64,000 bases of DNA from Camelus ferus (lineage: Eukaryota), in NCBI RefSeq assembly GCF_009834535.1, contig NC_045697.1, positions 81,532,001 through 81,596,000 of the forward strand, written 5' to 3'. Below the pieces are notes generated by a model. The model searched no databases. It was not told where the DNA came from and saw only the letters and a program-made list of their open reading frames with translations. The position numbers were made by a program, and so were the translations under genes. Below are positions 11,682 through 25,069 of this stretch, one piece after another (the stretch's first letter is position 1; each line of letters starts with the position of its first letter).

Positions 11682-14600
11682 CTAATTACAAAATATTTTA
11701 ATCATTGCAGTTGTCACTAGCCAGATTTATTAAAGGTAAAACAGCATTAGGAAAGTACTTTAAGATCTTTTGAAATAAATATGAATGAAAACAGCAACTA
11801 CAATAATTACTAGAATTGTGTCTCTTTGTAGACATAAAATACTAAAGAATTAATAGCTAACACTGTTTGCTTCTCTACTGCAAATCTGCTCATTTTCACT
11901 CTTTCTTAACCATAGTGTAGTTCTTAGGTGGAGAGGCAACATGTTTGCTGTATTGAGAACAGTGGGACTTCATTACAACTGATTGGAGAAAAATAGTAAT
12001 TTAATTAATCTGAATTTGAATCCATTCTTCCATTCTGGTCCACTTAATTTCAGTTTCAATTCATTTTTACACTAGACTGCATTCTTGACTAACTCTTCTG
12101 TTTAGGACTTTTGGGTATTTTAAATTTCAGATATGGTTTTATAGCTTTACATTTTGATTATTACAAACCCAACTTCTATCCATGATAGATATTAGAAATG
12201 CTCATTTGAAGAAGCTTCTTTAGATTTTATAAAACTATTCTGTGGACATTATTTAAATTCTGTTTAATATAATTTATATAAAAAGTCATAACATAAATTA
12301 TTCCCAGTGATTGGAATTGAAGGTTTTATTTTTCCTCCTAAAAATGGACTTCCACTTAGACCATTACAGCCAATTATTCACTAAATTCACACTTCGAATT
12401 TTTTGACACAAGTTGAACAGGATAGTCTTAAACTTCAGTAATATATTTAGCCTAAGTTTTCACCACAAATAAGCTCGCCCTACTCCCATTCATTACTTGT
12501 GTCCAATTACTTTATTTGCTATGAGAGTGTATGTATTTTAAGTCATCTAAAATACGCATTGAAGTATCCAAATTATAGATCAAAAATAAAGTAAATTATA
12601 TTTGTAAACAGGAACCTGCTAATAGAATTTTTTTTTCCTGAATGACCAAAAAAAAAAAAAAAGATTACTATGTGTAGCAATAGCATCTAATTATTTCACG
12701 GATGATTCAGGTGAAACATGGCCAAAAACTGTGGAGTTTTTGAGACTTACAACAGATTACTGAGGATACTTGGGAATTCTTTTTAGAGACTGTAGATGAA
12801 GTAGCAACACTCTGAAAGCCTGGCCTATTCACGGCAACAATTTTGGAAAACGTGGTTTAATAATGACACACTTTGGTCATTCTCTTGCTGAGAATCAAAT
12901 GAGCACTGCCCTTCAGAGCAATATAACTATTGTAGTAATGCGAAAGCTTTCCAAGTTTGACCATCTGTGCCTCTAAACTTGTCCTAAAGATGTCAACAGC
13001 CTCACTGAAAAGCTGTAATACCTTTTTTCTTTATAATTGCCTTGGCTATGAATAAGGACTTTCATCCTTTGTGGACAGAGTTTGAAAGACTACATTGGAA
13101 CATAAATAATCTAAAACCAACAGTTTTGCAGAAATGGCTTCTAGAAAATGTAAGGAATAGTACAAAACTGTTACTGCAATTTTACGTATGAAGAAATAAC
13201 TTGGAAGAAATTATTTACTTGAGCATGTGTAAATGAACCATACTCTCAATCTAGAAACAAGAGAGAGTTCTTTATTCTTTGAAAATTAACGGGAGGCACT
13301 TTTTCCCTTTTTAACAACTTCATTTCCGCCAGTAAAGTATAGAATTATATTTACCATCTTCCTTCAGGTAACAATATTTAATCTCTTTCTTCAAAGATGT
13401 ATGTGAGTGTGACTTTGACTAAAGCATCTGCTGCAGAAGCCAGAGATTTCTCAGAAATTATCTCATAAAATTACTGTTCTGTTCTTTCACTATTTAATTT
13501 AGGCATTGAAATTAGATTGGTCTTTTATAAATACTCATTAGTGGTCTAATTCTTTCTCTAGTGGTAGTCTTCACAGCTGGAGACAGAACTGGCATAGTAC
13601 ACACATTCAAATTCTAAAAGGAATTCTTCATATTCTTTTGAGAGAATAAAAAATCATCTCCTCTTCTTCCTTAGTCTTAATTCATTTTCTCTTTTGGTTC
13701 ATGAAGGGGACACAATTAGGTGAGGTGTCATGGGGGAGAGGCCATGGAGACAACGGGAAAGACAGTCTCATTAATTGAAATTGTATTTCCTGCTTGTTAA
13801 TTATCTGGATGCTGTTGCTACCTGATTTGAGATAAGAAACTTCTAAAAATGTTGAGATTTCTTTGTAACATTATTAACATAAAGTTTAAATTTTAATTGG
13901 ATTTTTGGTAAGTGACCTTTATTACTCCTGGCAGAGACATGACATACAATAACTAAATAATACCACTGGAGTCAAAGGGATTCCAAACGTCAGGATGGCA
14001 ATGAGAATGGTTCAGACTATGCTTCAAATTTTCAAAATCAAAACAGCAAAACCAACCAGGCACAGTTTACTCAGCAATGAAAATGAGTCTCCTGCCCTCC
14101 AACCCACCACCCAGGCATGTATGAAGCAGAAATACAAGAATAAAATATTGAGCCTTTTGTGCTTAAATGCTGTAATATAATGAAGAATCATAGGACCTAC
14201 TGCTATGCTTTTGAATTCAAATTTGATTAGATGTTCTTGGAGGTAAGGGAAAATATCATATCTAATATAAGTTATATAAAAATATGTCCCAGTTCTGCAT
14301 GGCAACTAGGTTTGATACAATCCCTGATGTCAGAGCCTACTCCACAAAAACAGTTGCCTATTGCAACTACCCTAAACTTGGAATGATGCACTGAATGACA
14401 GTGTGATAGCATGCAGAGAGAAGTATCATTTGTACCTTCTCAGGAAAGAAGTAATGTGACTGCTACAGGATACATATTGTTTGGAAAGTTTAACTTTTTT
14501 CCTAAAAAAAATTCTAACCTTCCCTTATTTAAGAAGTTAGCTGTCTCTATATTTAATTTCCTCCGGTAAGTGTAGCGCAGATCAAAAAGTGAAAAAAAAA

Positions 14601-16749
14601 AGCAAGTCTTTCTAGTTTTTGCTTTCCAGATGTTTAAGCTATTGGAGAGGACTTAGAAGTTTGGAAAATAAGTAAAAATAAAGAGCATGTACACAGGCAT
14701 CAAAATAGTCAGTTTCCAGCCTTGCCTTTGACCAAGATCTTACCCTTGACTTAAGAGAGACAAGCTGATAAGGACGACACATTTTTTTCTCAATACCACT
14801 GTCGCTTGTGTGGAGACTTACAGGGCAAAGTATTTGACTTTGTTATTTGACCTGCGAGTTAAAAACTCTAGGCTATACAGTAATATGTTTAATATATATT
14901 TTAACTAGAATGTTGTAGAGGGCTAAGTCTGCTGTTCTGTTGATAAATATACTGAATATAGCCTTATATTTTGTCAGAGTAAATTCTGCATCAGAAGGGT
15001 CTTGGCTTTGAAGACTTTCTCTGATTAAGCTATGTGATCATTGATTTCTTCCTCTCACAATTATAAACCCAAGTCAGCATGCTATAAACTATTTCCCACT
15101 GCAGTGGCCATATCCTAGCAAATTATAACTATCACTGTAGCTTGTAACCATTCCTTTGTATGCAAATCTATCTCCATTAAAACATTTACATTGCTTCAGC
15201 ATTTCTCAAATCAAAGCTACTATTGGATTATGTATTACTATAGCATATGTATTTATATGTACTGGGCTATGTAGAAATCTATGCTTAGAATATAGATAAG
15301 CATACTTAAACATGAATACACACATATTTCACTTATGCACATTATGTATGACTGGGTAAACAAGTCATCAAAAAAATCTTTACAATGCACTCTATTTCCA
15401 TTTTAAAATAGGAGACGCTTACTAATTTTATTGATTATTGACTCAGATTTGAGGGAAATTATTTTTAACATGCAGTAATTAAAATTTCACTAGGCATTTG
15501 TAAATTGCAAGCAATATCTTATTATCTACAAACTTTCTCTTTCATTCTGTAATACACATATTCAAAGGGTTCTATCTTTATTAAAATGCTTAAGTTATAC
15601 ATATTTCAGTCATATTTCTTTTTTATTATAGTATATAAAATATATCTAATTAGATACAATGCTTTTGATTATTTAAACTTTATTTTTTCCCTCCTTAGTT
15701 TTAACTTGGAGGCCACTTGTGAACCTTCATTTGAGCTTACTTTCTCTTGCCAGTGATTATGGATGCACACAAACATTTTACTATGCTACAGATCAATATG
15801 TCTGGCTCCACAAATTATATCGCCAATATTTGTTTCTATGAGTTATAAAGCATATGATTAGTTTTTCACACTCTAATCATAAAATAGAAATGAAAATTTA
15901 AAATATTCCAGATGAAAAAATCAAAACTGCAAGACATAAATAGGTATCTAGATTATACATTGATAATTAAGTGCATGAGCATCTGAGAGTCAAAATAAAG
16001 ATACACAACTCCACTTATTAGCTCTTTTAGAATTAAGTCATAGGATATACACTTACCAAGGAGTTTTTACCACCTAAGTTTGATGATTTCTAGTATACTA
16101 TTAAATTAACATCTAAATTACTTGTATATAATTTGAATTTCCAAATGGCTGAAACCTGAGCAGATTGCAGCTGTTCCAGTTGCTAAGTATCTCAGTGACA
16201 GAGCTTGTGAGTCATGTGATAGAAGGAAAGATGAGAAGTAATGCTAGTCCATTAAGCCACAGAGTGAATTACAAATTGGTCAGCAAATTCAAGGGTTCAG
16301 AAACTATCAAAAATAATTTCAAAGGTCCAAAATTTGGAAATTCAGTGAAACAAAGATAAGAAGCTTGGACTTTAGTGAAAAACATCTGATTGAGATTTAT
16401 AAGAGTCAGGCCAGAGGCATTTTATTTTAAGCAGGTGGTAAGATTCTTCCAAAAATTTTTGTTGGTCGTCATATTTTGTATGTAGTGTTTTGAGTTCATA
16501 GAAAAGAGCTTGGGAAGATATGTATAAGGTACCTCAATATTTTTCAAATCCACTTATAAAGTTAGTATTTCTACATGTGCAATTATTTTCTTAAAACTAT
16601 ATTTCAAGCATTTAAATTGTTTTAGAGCATATTCATTCTACCAAACAAGATATGATTAACTTAGAAATAAGTACAAAAACCTTGCTTTGCCCAAAGTTAT
16701 TAAAACAGAAATACATCTGTGTGTATGTATGTATGCATAGTATATACTC

Positions 16750-18400
16750 ACAAACTAGGTATAGTATTTACATAGTGATTCAAGCGCCATGAATAGCAAG
16801 GCATTCTTGAAGTAAAGGTGAGACTGACAGTGAGTTTGCTTGTCTCATTTCCAGTCCTAGAAGGAAGTTTTCAGCACTTTACTATTAAGTATGCTATTTG
16901 CTTTTTTTTTTTTGTAGGTATCATTTATCTGACTGAACACCTTACAAGATATCAAGAATTATTATAAATTAGAGTAATAAATAGCATAATATTGGCAGAA
17001 GAATATGCAAATAAGACCCAGGAATATACAGAAAATTCATTTACCAATAGAGACTAGTGGAGAAAATATGATCTTTTCAATGAGAAGTTCTGGGCCAAAT
17101 GAATAAATAGTCCAATGGAGGAATAAATAAATCTTAACCCAGTAATTCATACTGTAAAAATATGAATTAGGTAGATTGTGGATTTAAATGTAAAATGCAA
17201 AACAAAGCTTCAAGAAATCAGCACAGGAGAATGGCCTCATGACCACTATATAAAAAAGGATTTCTTTATATGACATAAAAGCCCTGACAATAATAACAAG
17301 CTTTATAAACAATAAACCCAATACCTTAAAAATTACAAAGCTTTGCTCATCAAAAAATACCATTAAAAAGTGAAAAATAAACATCAAGTGAGAGAATTTA
17401 TTTCAACGTTTACACTAATCACCTGTTTCCAGAATATTCAAGAACTCAAACAAGCCATTAAGTAAAAGAGCACCTAGTAGAACAAAGAGCAAGAGATGTG
17501 AGAAAACACATTATATCAAAGTGTATCAATGGCAACCAACTATACAAAAAATTGCTCAACCTCATTAGTAATCAGGGACATGCAATTAAAAGCACAAAGA
17601 GATACTAATACAAACTCCCCAAAATGGCAAAATCAAATCAAAACAAAACAAAATAAATCAACTGATACTATCAAGTAATGCCTAAGATGTGTCAATAGTA
17701 ACTCTCTTACACAGATAAAGGGAATGTAAATAGGCAATTATTCAACTATTACTGAAAATGTTTTGACCTAATCTACTTCAGTTGAAAATACATAAGCCTT
17801 ATGACTTAGCAATTGTGCCCCTGGGTAGATAAGAAGTATGTGCTTATAGGCACTTACAGACAGGTACAAGAGTATCCACAGCAATGTTATACAGAAACCA
17901 ATAAGGAAATATTGGTAAAAAGCCAAATTATTTATTATGAGAAAAATGGATAAATAAAATTTGATAAATTCATTAATTTAAATATTAAAACCCAATTAAA
18001 AATAAAAAATTACTCCAACACTTAACATCAGAGATGAGTTTCATAAATATGATGTTGAGTGAAAGCCAGATATTATATCTATATCTGTATTTATGTATAT
18101 GTACACAATGTAGCTTAGAAATACTTTACATAAAATTAGTACACCAAATGTGTGTTTATATATAGATGCACATGTATGTATGTATATATAATAAATGCAT
18201 TGTGTATATTTTATGTAGTCTGTATTATATAATTTATAAATAAGCATGTATATCATGCATAAAGTAATATTAAGATCAAGATAGTGATTACCTTTAGGAG
18301 AAGGAAAGAAGTATTTGCAGTTGGGAAGGGGCAAGATAACTTTCTGGGTTTCTGGAGACAATTTATTTCTAGAACTGAGCTGTGCATATTCATACTTTTT
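16750..18400 (+). mobile_element. Old L1 (L1MC-ME class) ORF2 3' half and 3'UTR, decayed
   Basis: Collinear ORF2 motifs: TGCTCATCAAAAAATACCATTAAAAAGTGAAAA, TGCTCAACCTCATTAGTAATCAGGGACATGCAATTAAA, TATGACTTAGCAATTG, TATGATGTTGAGTGAAAGCCAGA, GATAGTGATTACCTTTAGG. Confidence 0.8.
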
Positions 18401-18446
18401 ATCCTTTTCATCTCAAGTAAGACTTCTTAAGTGAAAATACAGAAAA

Positions 18447-18492
18447 TAATAATAATAATAAATAAAAAGTTAATAGTAAATAAATAATAATA
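18447..18492. repeat. Imperfect (AAT)n simple repeat
   Basis: Direct reading AATAATAATAATAAATAAAAAG..AATAAATAATAATAA. Confidence 0.6.
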
Positions 18493-21460
18493 AAGAAAAA
18501 GTTAAACACATATAACTAAGGCCTGGGCAGGAAGGTGGGGATAAGGGGAGAGGGTAGGAGAGGAGTGAGCAAAAGGCCCCAACAGCAGGGAGGAGGCTGG
18601 ACCGCAGGCTGGTAGACGCGGCGGAGGGAATTGTTAGCAGTGGCCAGTGACCTTTAAACCTTCAGTTACTGTGAACAACTGAAAGCATCCTTCTGATTCC
18701 TCTCGAAAGAAAGAAGAGTAGATCATTAGTTCAATCAATCAGCAATTGTAGTTCCTTGATTTGATTAGAAAAAAACAAAACAAGTTATACCAACTGAATC
18801 AGAATAGTTCTTGTTCTCAAAGGGCCTTAATTTCACAGGAGAAACAAGTGTATAAACATGATTTTAACTAGAAGAGTCTCAGTGTTTTCTAGTCTCAGGA
18901 GTGGTCTCTGGTACAGAAAGTTTGCCTTTCATTGTCATTTAAATTATTGCAGGGTGGGCATGACTTCACATTTGAGTGACATTTCAGAGCTACATGTGCA
19001 ATTATTGTAGTAGATTCAATAATATTTATAAATTTCACTGTAATTGGTTATTTTGGATAATAATTATAAAATGGCTGCCATTTAAAACATAACTTTGAAT
19101 TAACCACTGCTGCTACACTACCATGATTATTACAAATATAACTCTAGTTACACCTAGCTGGCATTTATTAAGAATCCATTCTCTCTCTCCTTAATCACAC
19201 TACAAATAACAAGCTTTCATGAACACCTACTGTGTGCTTTGAACTCTTTTAGTGCTTTATACATATAAAATATTTTAAATTTCATTTTATTCTTTGAATT
19301 GTCATAAAATATTAATGAAGCAGCTACAGTAAGTTTTTTTTTTAGGGGTAAAGGAGCTGAAAACAGAGAAAATACCTGGAATTATTATATTCCACAGGTA
19401 TACCATTATAGATTATCTGCATTGAAAGTAGATTTTTAAAAATATTTATTGCTCTTTGGAGCCTAAAATAATTAAGTAACAAACTATCTTAATAAAGAAA
19501 CAAGCAACTCTTGCTGTATGTATCTGTTGGGCAAGAGTTTAAGTACTTTAATATATTGTGATATACAAGCATTCTAAATCTCAAAAGAAAATAAAAGTAA
19601 ACTCTTAGGTATTGAATTTTCTAGTGGTGTCTAGGAATCTAGCATTATGCTACCAGAAGGGACACAGTATTATTTCTTATGACAAAAACATACCTTGGAA
19701 TATGTTTTCTATATATTTTGATTGCAGATAATTTTATGAGTATACATTAAGTTAATTATTCATTTTAAATATGTAACTTTTGGCAGGAAAGCTCCTATAT
19801 TGAAAAAGATTCTCCTATAAGGTAGTCATCTGCTTCATTACTTTTACCTTCTGAAACTGGTCCACTGTCTTTCTATTCTTGTGTTCTTGTTTTAGTTTAA
19901 TTATAAAAATGATTTAACATTTTTGGAAGAAACCTATTGTATTCATAATTAAAATGCCTGGAAGAAAAGCTGCAGCCATCTTATTATATTTCACCTTACA
20001 GATCTAGAAGACAGAAACCACAATTGTGTTATCAATGTGCTCTGCCTTACATAGTCCCTAAGTGATTCACTTTCATGAAAATAATATTTTTCAAAACTAG
20101 TAAGAAAGTTTTAAAGAGAAATAAGCAAGATCTCATCTTCTTCCATTAAGCCTATAAGCCAATACAGAACAGGCAACTATTCTTAAAGAGGGCTATTTCA
20201 TTCTGAACTCGAACAGCACAGGGGAAGATTATAGACAGGAAAGCCAAAGGCATAAGGTTAAAGCTCATTACTCACTACATAGTTTAAAATACAAACATGA
20301 AGACCAGGCATATTCCAAATGCAAATATCATACAAAGGCAGTCGTTCTATCAAACGTGAAGATTTTTGATAGACTGTAATAAATAAATACAAGTATTGAA
20401 GGAAAAATAATTTTTATAATCTCTTGCAATTTGAGATATCTGGGTCTAAATTAAGTCATTCTTTTTAACTTCCTACAGGCAAGGAAGAGTATCTTGCAAT
20501 TCTACAAGATAAATGGAAAATTGTAAGAAAACCATCACTTGTAACCTATAGCCAGAGCACAGGCATATTAAGCCTGTTTTGAACACACTGGTGCAGATCT
20601 TGACTTGGGAACATTTTTCATTATCTAGGCAGATGACGTTGCAACAACTCAATTTAACAGTTTGGCCATGAAAAATCTCACTCCTTGATCACACTGTGAT
20701 AAAAAAAAAGAAGTTCGGAGTTGACATTGTTTTGAAAGAGAAGCTGTTACCATACAGTAATTTGTATCCTACGTTTAAAAATTTCTTATTTCCTCCACAT
20801 CAGCTTTCATGCTTTCCAAACAGCAAGAAACCAGATAGCTACTGTTTAAAGGCACTATTTAAAAGAAAGAACTCTTTGTGTATTTACTCACACAAATACA
20901 TGAAAGTGACTTATCCAACTGGGTGATTATTTATGAATCTCTAACACAAATACAATTTTTATCTACTTTAACTTTTATCACAAGTAGGTGAAACATTCAA
21001 TTCTTGTGCATCTTAGGTATCATCAGTAGTCATGGCATCTGAAAAAGTTTCTGGTCATCCAGTTGCTTACAGCTAGTTTATTCTAAAGTCTCTAAATGTC
21101 TTCCCTAACCATTAAGTTCAAGTCATCTCTAAAGTTATATTGAGTTTATTTTTCACTTTTATCTGCCAGCAAAAACTAGTATTTGCCAACACAGTAATTA
21201 AGGCAGCTAAAAAACAAAATTAAAGATAATGATGAAAGTTTTTAATAATATAATTCATATATTAAAGCATGTTACATGAATGCATTGTTATTACTCTACA
21301 CCTCTTAATAACACTTTAAGTAAAAGAAAGTCATTTCCTTTCCATTATCCACTGGATTATGTTACTCAGAACAACCCTCTGACGTAAATAGCACTGAGAT
21401 TTCAAAGCTTGTGATAAATGAGTAATTGATGTTCACTGAAAGGAAAAATGACTTGCCCCT

Positions 21461-22093
21461 TGTTGGAAACTGATTCTCCATGGGTCTTTTGAATTTCTGC
21501 CCATCTACTGAACAAAGGTGTTGGTGGGTTTTATTATAGACTTTTTTTTTTTTGAGGATATTTGTATAGAAAGCAGCCTGGGATGAGATTTTATTATATA
21601 CCCACTAGAATGGGTAAAATTGAAAACATTGAGAGTATCAAATTTTGCATAAGATATGGAGAAACTACAACCGGATTTTAGCACTGAAGACATACTGAGG
21701 CTGGGCATTTAGTCTGTTCTGTGGTTCTACAATCCCTACAATCATAACTGATTTTTAGCATAATCTGACCTTTAACTGCAGATGATGTGAGTCTATCTCT
21801 AAATGTTTCCATAAAGGTTTTCTAGCTTCCGAAATGTGCCTTGAATCGATAACTGATTGACCTGAATCTGTCATTCTTTTTTTAAGTAAACAGAGTATAA
21901 GCAATTGCAAATTCTTCATAAATACGACTGATCTAGTAAATTGTGAGAGCTACAGTGATTGCCATAAGTAATAAACTCTTCTGTGTCTCCAACCCAACAT
22001 TCTTGTATATTTTGCAGTGCCCATAAAACTGTGGCAAGCTAACTCTTTATCTAGCAGGTAGGTTAAATCTCAGACCCGTTCAAATTCTTGAAA
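21461..22093 (+). mobile_element. 5' LTR of an ERV-L-class provirus, LTR40-like, with interrupted middle
   Basis: Starts TGTTGGAAACTGATTCTCCATGGGTCT; ends AGTAATAAACTC..AAAACTGTGGCAAGCTAACT..GTAGGTTAAATCTCAGACCCGTTCAAATTCTTGAAA; homologous to 25070-25548. Confidence 0.8.
21583..21672 (+). mobile_element. L1 ORF2 fragment inside the 5' LTR
   Basis: ATGAGATTTTATTATATACCCACTAGAATGGGTAAAATTGAAAACATTG..GATATGGAGAAACTACAACC resembles the L1 MRYH.TP.RMAKIKK region. Confidence 0.6.
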
Positions 22094-25069
22094 GTTTTGG
22101 TGATAAAGATTAGTTGCTGAAAGAGAAATGGCTTTCTCTAACAGAAACAATAATGGCCATTTGAGGGTAGGAGATATGAGAAAACTCTCTGGAATATGGC
22201 CCTTAATGCTTGTGCCCAAGTTGTTGACAAGGATTGGTATAGAGGCTCTCCAGTGTCCTACCTGTTAGTGAGTATTGAAACAAGAGGTACTTTGGATGTT
22301 ATATACTCTCCTGCTGATAGGAGGAGGAATTGTCAATAGGTCCCCAAAGATGAAAAAATCATATCAGCAATGAGGATATAGAGCTTTATGTGGACTGAAG
22401 AGTTTGCTTAGTTAAGTCAAGGCAGACAATGTGCTGCTCAAAACAGAGAGTAAATGTGAAACCTTGCTTGTAGAACAAGACCACTCCCTCCTGTACTCTC
22501 TGCTCTCTCTTTCTATCCATCCCAACATCAGCCACTTTAATTTGAGATTTGCAGATGTTAACCACTATATATAAAAATAGATAAAAACCCAAATATCTTC
22601 TGTATAGCACAGGGCACTATTCAATATCTTATAATAACATTTAATGAAAAAGAATATGAAAATGAATATATGTATATATATGTAGGACTGGGACATTATG
22701 CTGTACACCAGATACTGACACATTGTGACTGACTATACTTCAATTAAGACAAAAAAAAGAGGAAAGATGATTAAAGATGGGGCATATATGCCTGTCCAAA
22801 TATGCTAAGAGACAGATGGAAAGGACTTAGACTTGGACAGCTTTACTGAATACAATTACCCAATGGATCATCCTACTCAGCTCCATGGCATGTAGGTGTT
22901 ATTGCTTTCAACACAGTGAGTCTGTTCAGGGTTCACAGTATGGGAAGAGATGAACATGATATTGAGGGCTGAACCCTTTAAGCTACTTCTATGTTCTCTT
23001 TTTGTTGCTTCTAGTTCTGAATACATGGTAGGAATTGATGTGTTACATGCTTTTACTTCCTTGTCTCTGGTAGGAATAGGAAAACATTCCTACCAGGGAA
23101 GAGCTGAGAGTATAGAAGTGCTAGTAAGACAAACTGCCCTGTGTATTGCCACCAGTGAGTGATGGGTCAGGATTTAGTGCAATCACTTCTACCCTGTGAT
23201 TTCCAACCTGTCACTACATAGATGATGCCCTATTGGTTGGCAAGTTAGAAGCCTCCCTCTGTCTCAATGTTCCTGACTGGTATTATCGAGCTTTAGCAGT
23301 GATTGAACTGTCTGCAGCGCTCAGTAAAGGTCTGTTCTCTGTTAAGACTAGAATCAAGTTGCTGATCAAGCCTGACTGTATATCTCCAATGCAGAGATTC
23401 CCGCTCTCTGTGTCCCTCTTAAACATGACCCTTCCAGATAAAAGGTCTGGATTCAAATAAAGGATAACTGGAAAAATTGTGAATTTACAGCTGCTAGAAT
23501 GGAATACCAGATTTTGCAGAGGTAGAGGTAGAGCTAGAACCCTAAATCTGCAGAGGCAACGTCATAGACCCTGGGAAATATGGGACAGGGGAGGCTATTA
23601 CTGTTATCTTGTCTCTGTGAACTGCCCCTGGGGAAGATTATCAGTGCTTGTTATGAATGCAGTATTTAGCACTTCTTGAGTTCCCTCCCAGGTTTACAAA
23701 CAGTCATTATCATATCTGGCCATGTGGATCCAGTGGCAGTGCAGCAGTTAGACTCTGTGCCTCAGATGTGTGCACAGGCTCTTCCCAGCCCCTGGACTTT
23801 ATCAGAATGGTAGTGGAATCTATGATGAAAAGACCTTCTGAGCTGACGGTCACTTGTCCTCTACTGTACCTGTCATCTCGCTCACTCATCAGTGGAATTA
23901 CAAGTTATGAAATAGGCACCAGGTTCTAGAAAATTAAAGCATGGCCACCTACTACGTTGTAGATGGACGTGCTCCCAGAACCTCTCCTTGATGGTCCCAT
24001 CACACTGTATGGGGAACACTTCTGTTTTTATTGACAGGAGAACTGTTGTAATACTTTACTAATACATTATACGGATGGAGGAAAAATTTTCTGTGGATGG
24101 CACAGCTTTTTCAAATTGGTACAAGTGCTGTAAATTTAATTGACTGCTATGTCTGCTATCTGCCATAAAACTCTGACCTTAGTTTGATTGCCATTCCCCT
24201 TAATCTTAGAAGAAACAATTAGAAACTGCAGGGATAGTCCCAACCCAAAGTAACTATGGAGAACTTCTCCAATCACATTCTCTATCATTTCTTTGGGAAC
24301 ACAAATGCAATCTGACTGGTGGCACAGGCAAACAGGACAAGTGGGTTTAACTGGTCTCAGGAAGTTCCCCCAAAGAATTACACTCAATTACTCTAAAATG
24401 AATTGGAGCTTTAATGCATTTCAGCCAGTGGAGTGACCAGGTGGCAAGTACTCTCAACCTATCCTCCCTTTGCAAGTCCTACCTAGGGAGCCCTAGTAAG
24501 TGTGAACAGCACTTTCATTTCAAGGGCTCTCTTTGCCTTCTTAGGACTCTACTTCCAGTGTGAAAATGAGGCACTAACTTGCCTCTCTTCTGAGAATACA
24601 ACAACTTGCAACTTACATGGGTCATAACAGATCTTTAAGCATTTAAGGAAATAGCACCTCAACCTTGGAAGGCACTTGAGTCAGCCTCAACTCACTGGCC
24701 AAAGTTCTAAGGATGACGGAAGTGCCCTAGACTTCCTCTTTGCAGGTCAAGGTAGAACCCGTACAGTCCTCAGAACAAATGGACATTTTCAATACAGTAA
24801 TACGGCTTTCTATAGTGGACATTGAGGGCTTCACAAATTTGCTCAGCCAGGACCCTGGAGGGCATGGCTGAAGTCAGTACTGGTGACTGGCCTCACTCTG
24901 CTGCATGGAGTCTTGCTGACTGCAACCTTAGTTCAATTCTGTCTGAGGAAAATTGATCAGATTTGGGTTTAGCTTCTGTTAGACAGATGAATAGAGTAGC
25001 TGAAAGAGGAGTGTGCTCATGGCAAAATTTACCTAAAGCCAAGATGGTGTAGAAACATGGGGTGGTTAA
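22094..25069 (+). mobile_element. Decayed ERV-L-class internal region (gag/pro/pol remnants)
   Basis: Begins GTTTTGGTG right after the LTR; protease-like TWTALLNTITQWII (~22831-22872, cf. LLDTG) and FVASSSEYMVGIDVL (cf. VVISPVPECIIGIDIL); purine-rich AGAAACATGGGGTGG before the 3' LTR. Confidence 0.7.
22540..22758 (+). mobile_element. Short L1 3'UTR insertion nested in the provirus
   Basis: TTTGAGATTTGCAGATGTTAACCACTATATATAAAA..TATGCTGTACACCAGA..GACTATACTTCAATTAA plus A-tail; similar to 10985-11190 and 45757-45975. Confidence 0.88.

Noticed and set aside
20479..20522. Plus-strand 44-nt exon candidate (KEEYLAILQDKWKI)
   Set aside because: Good acceptor but weak donor (ATT/GTAAGA), very short, no recognised homology or partner exons.
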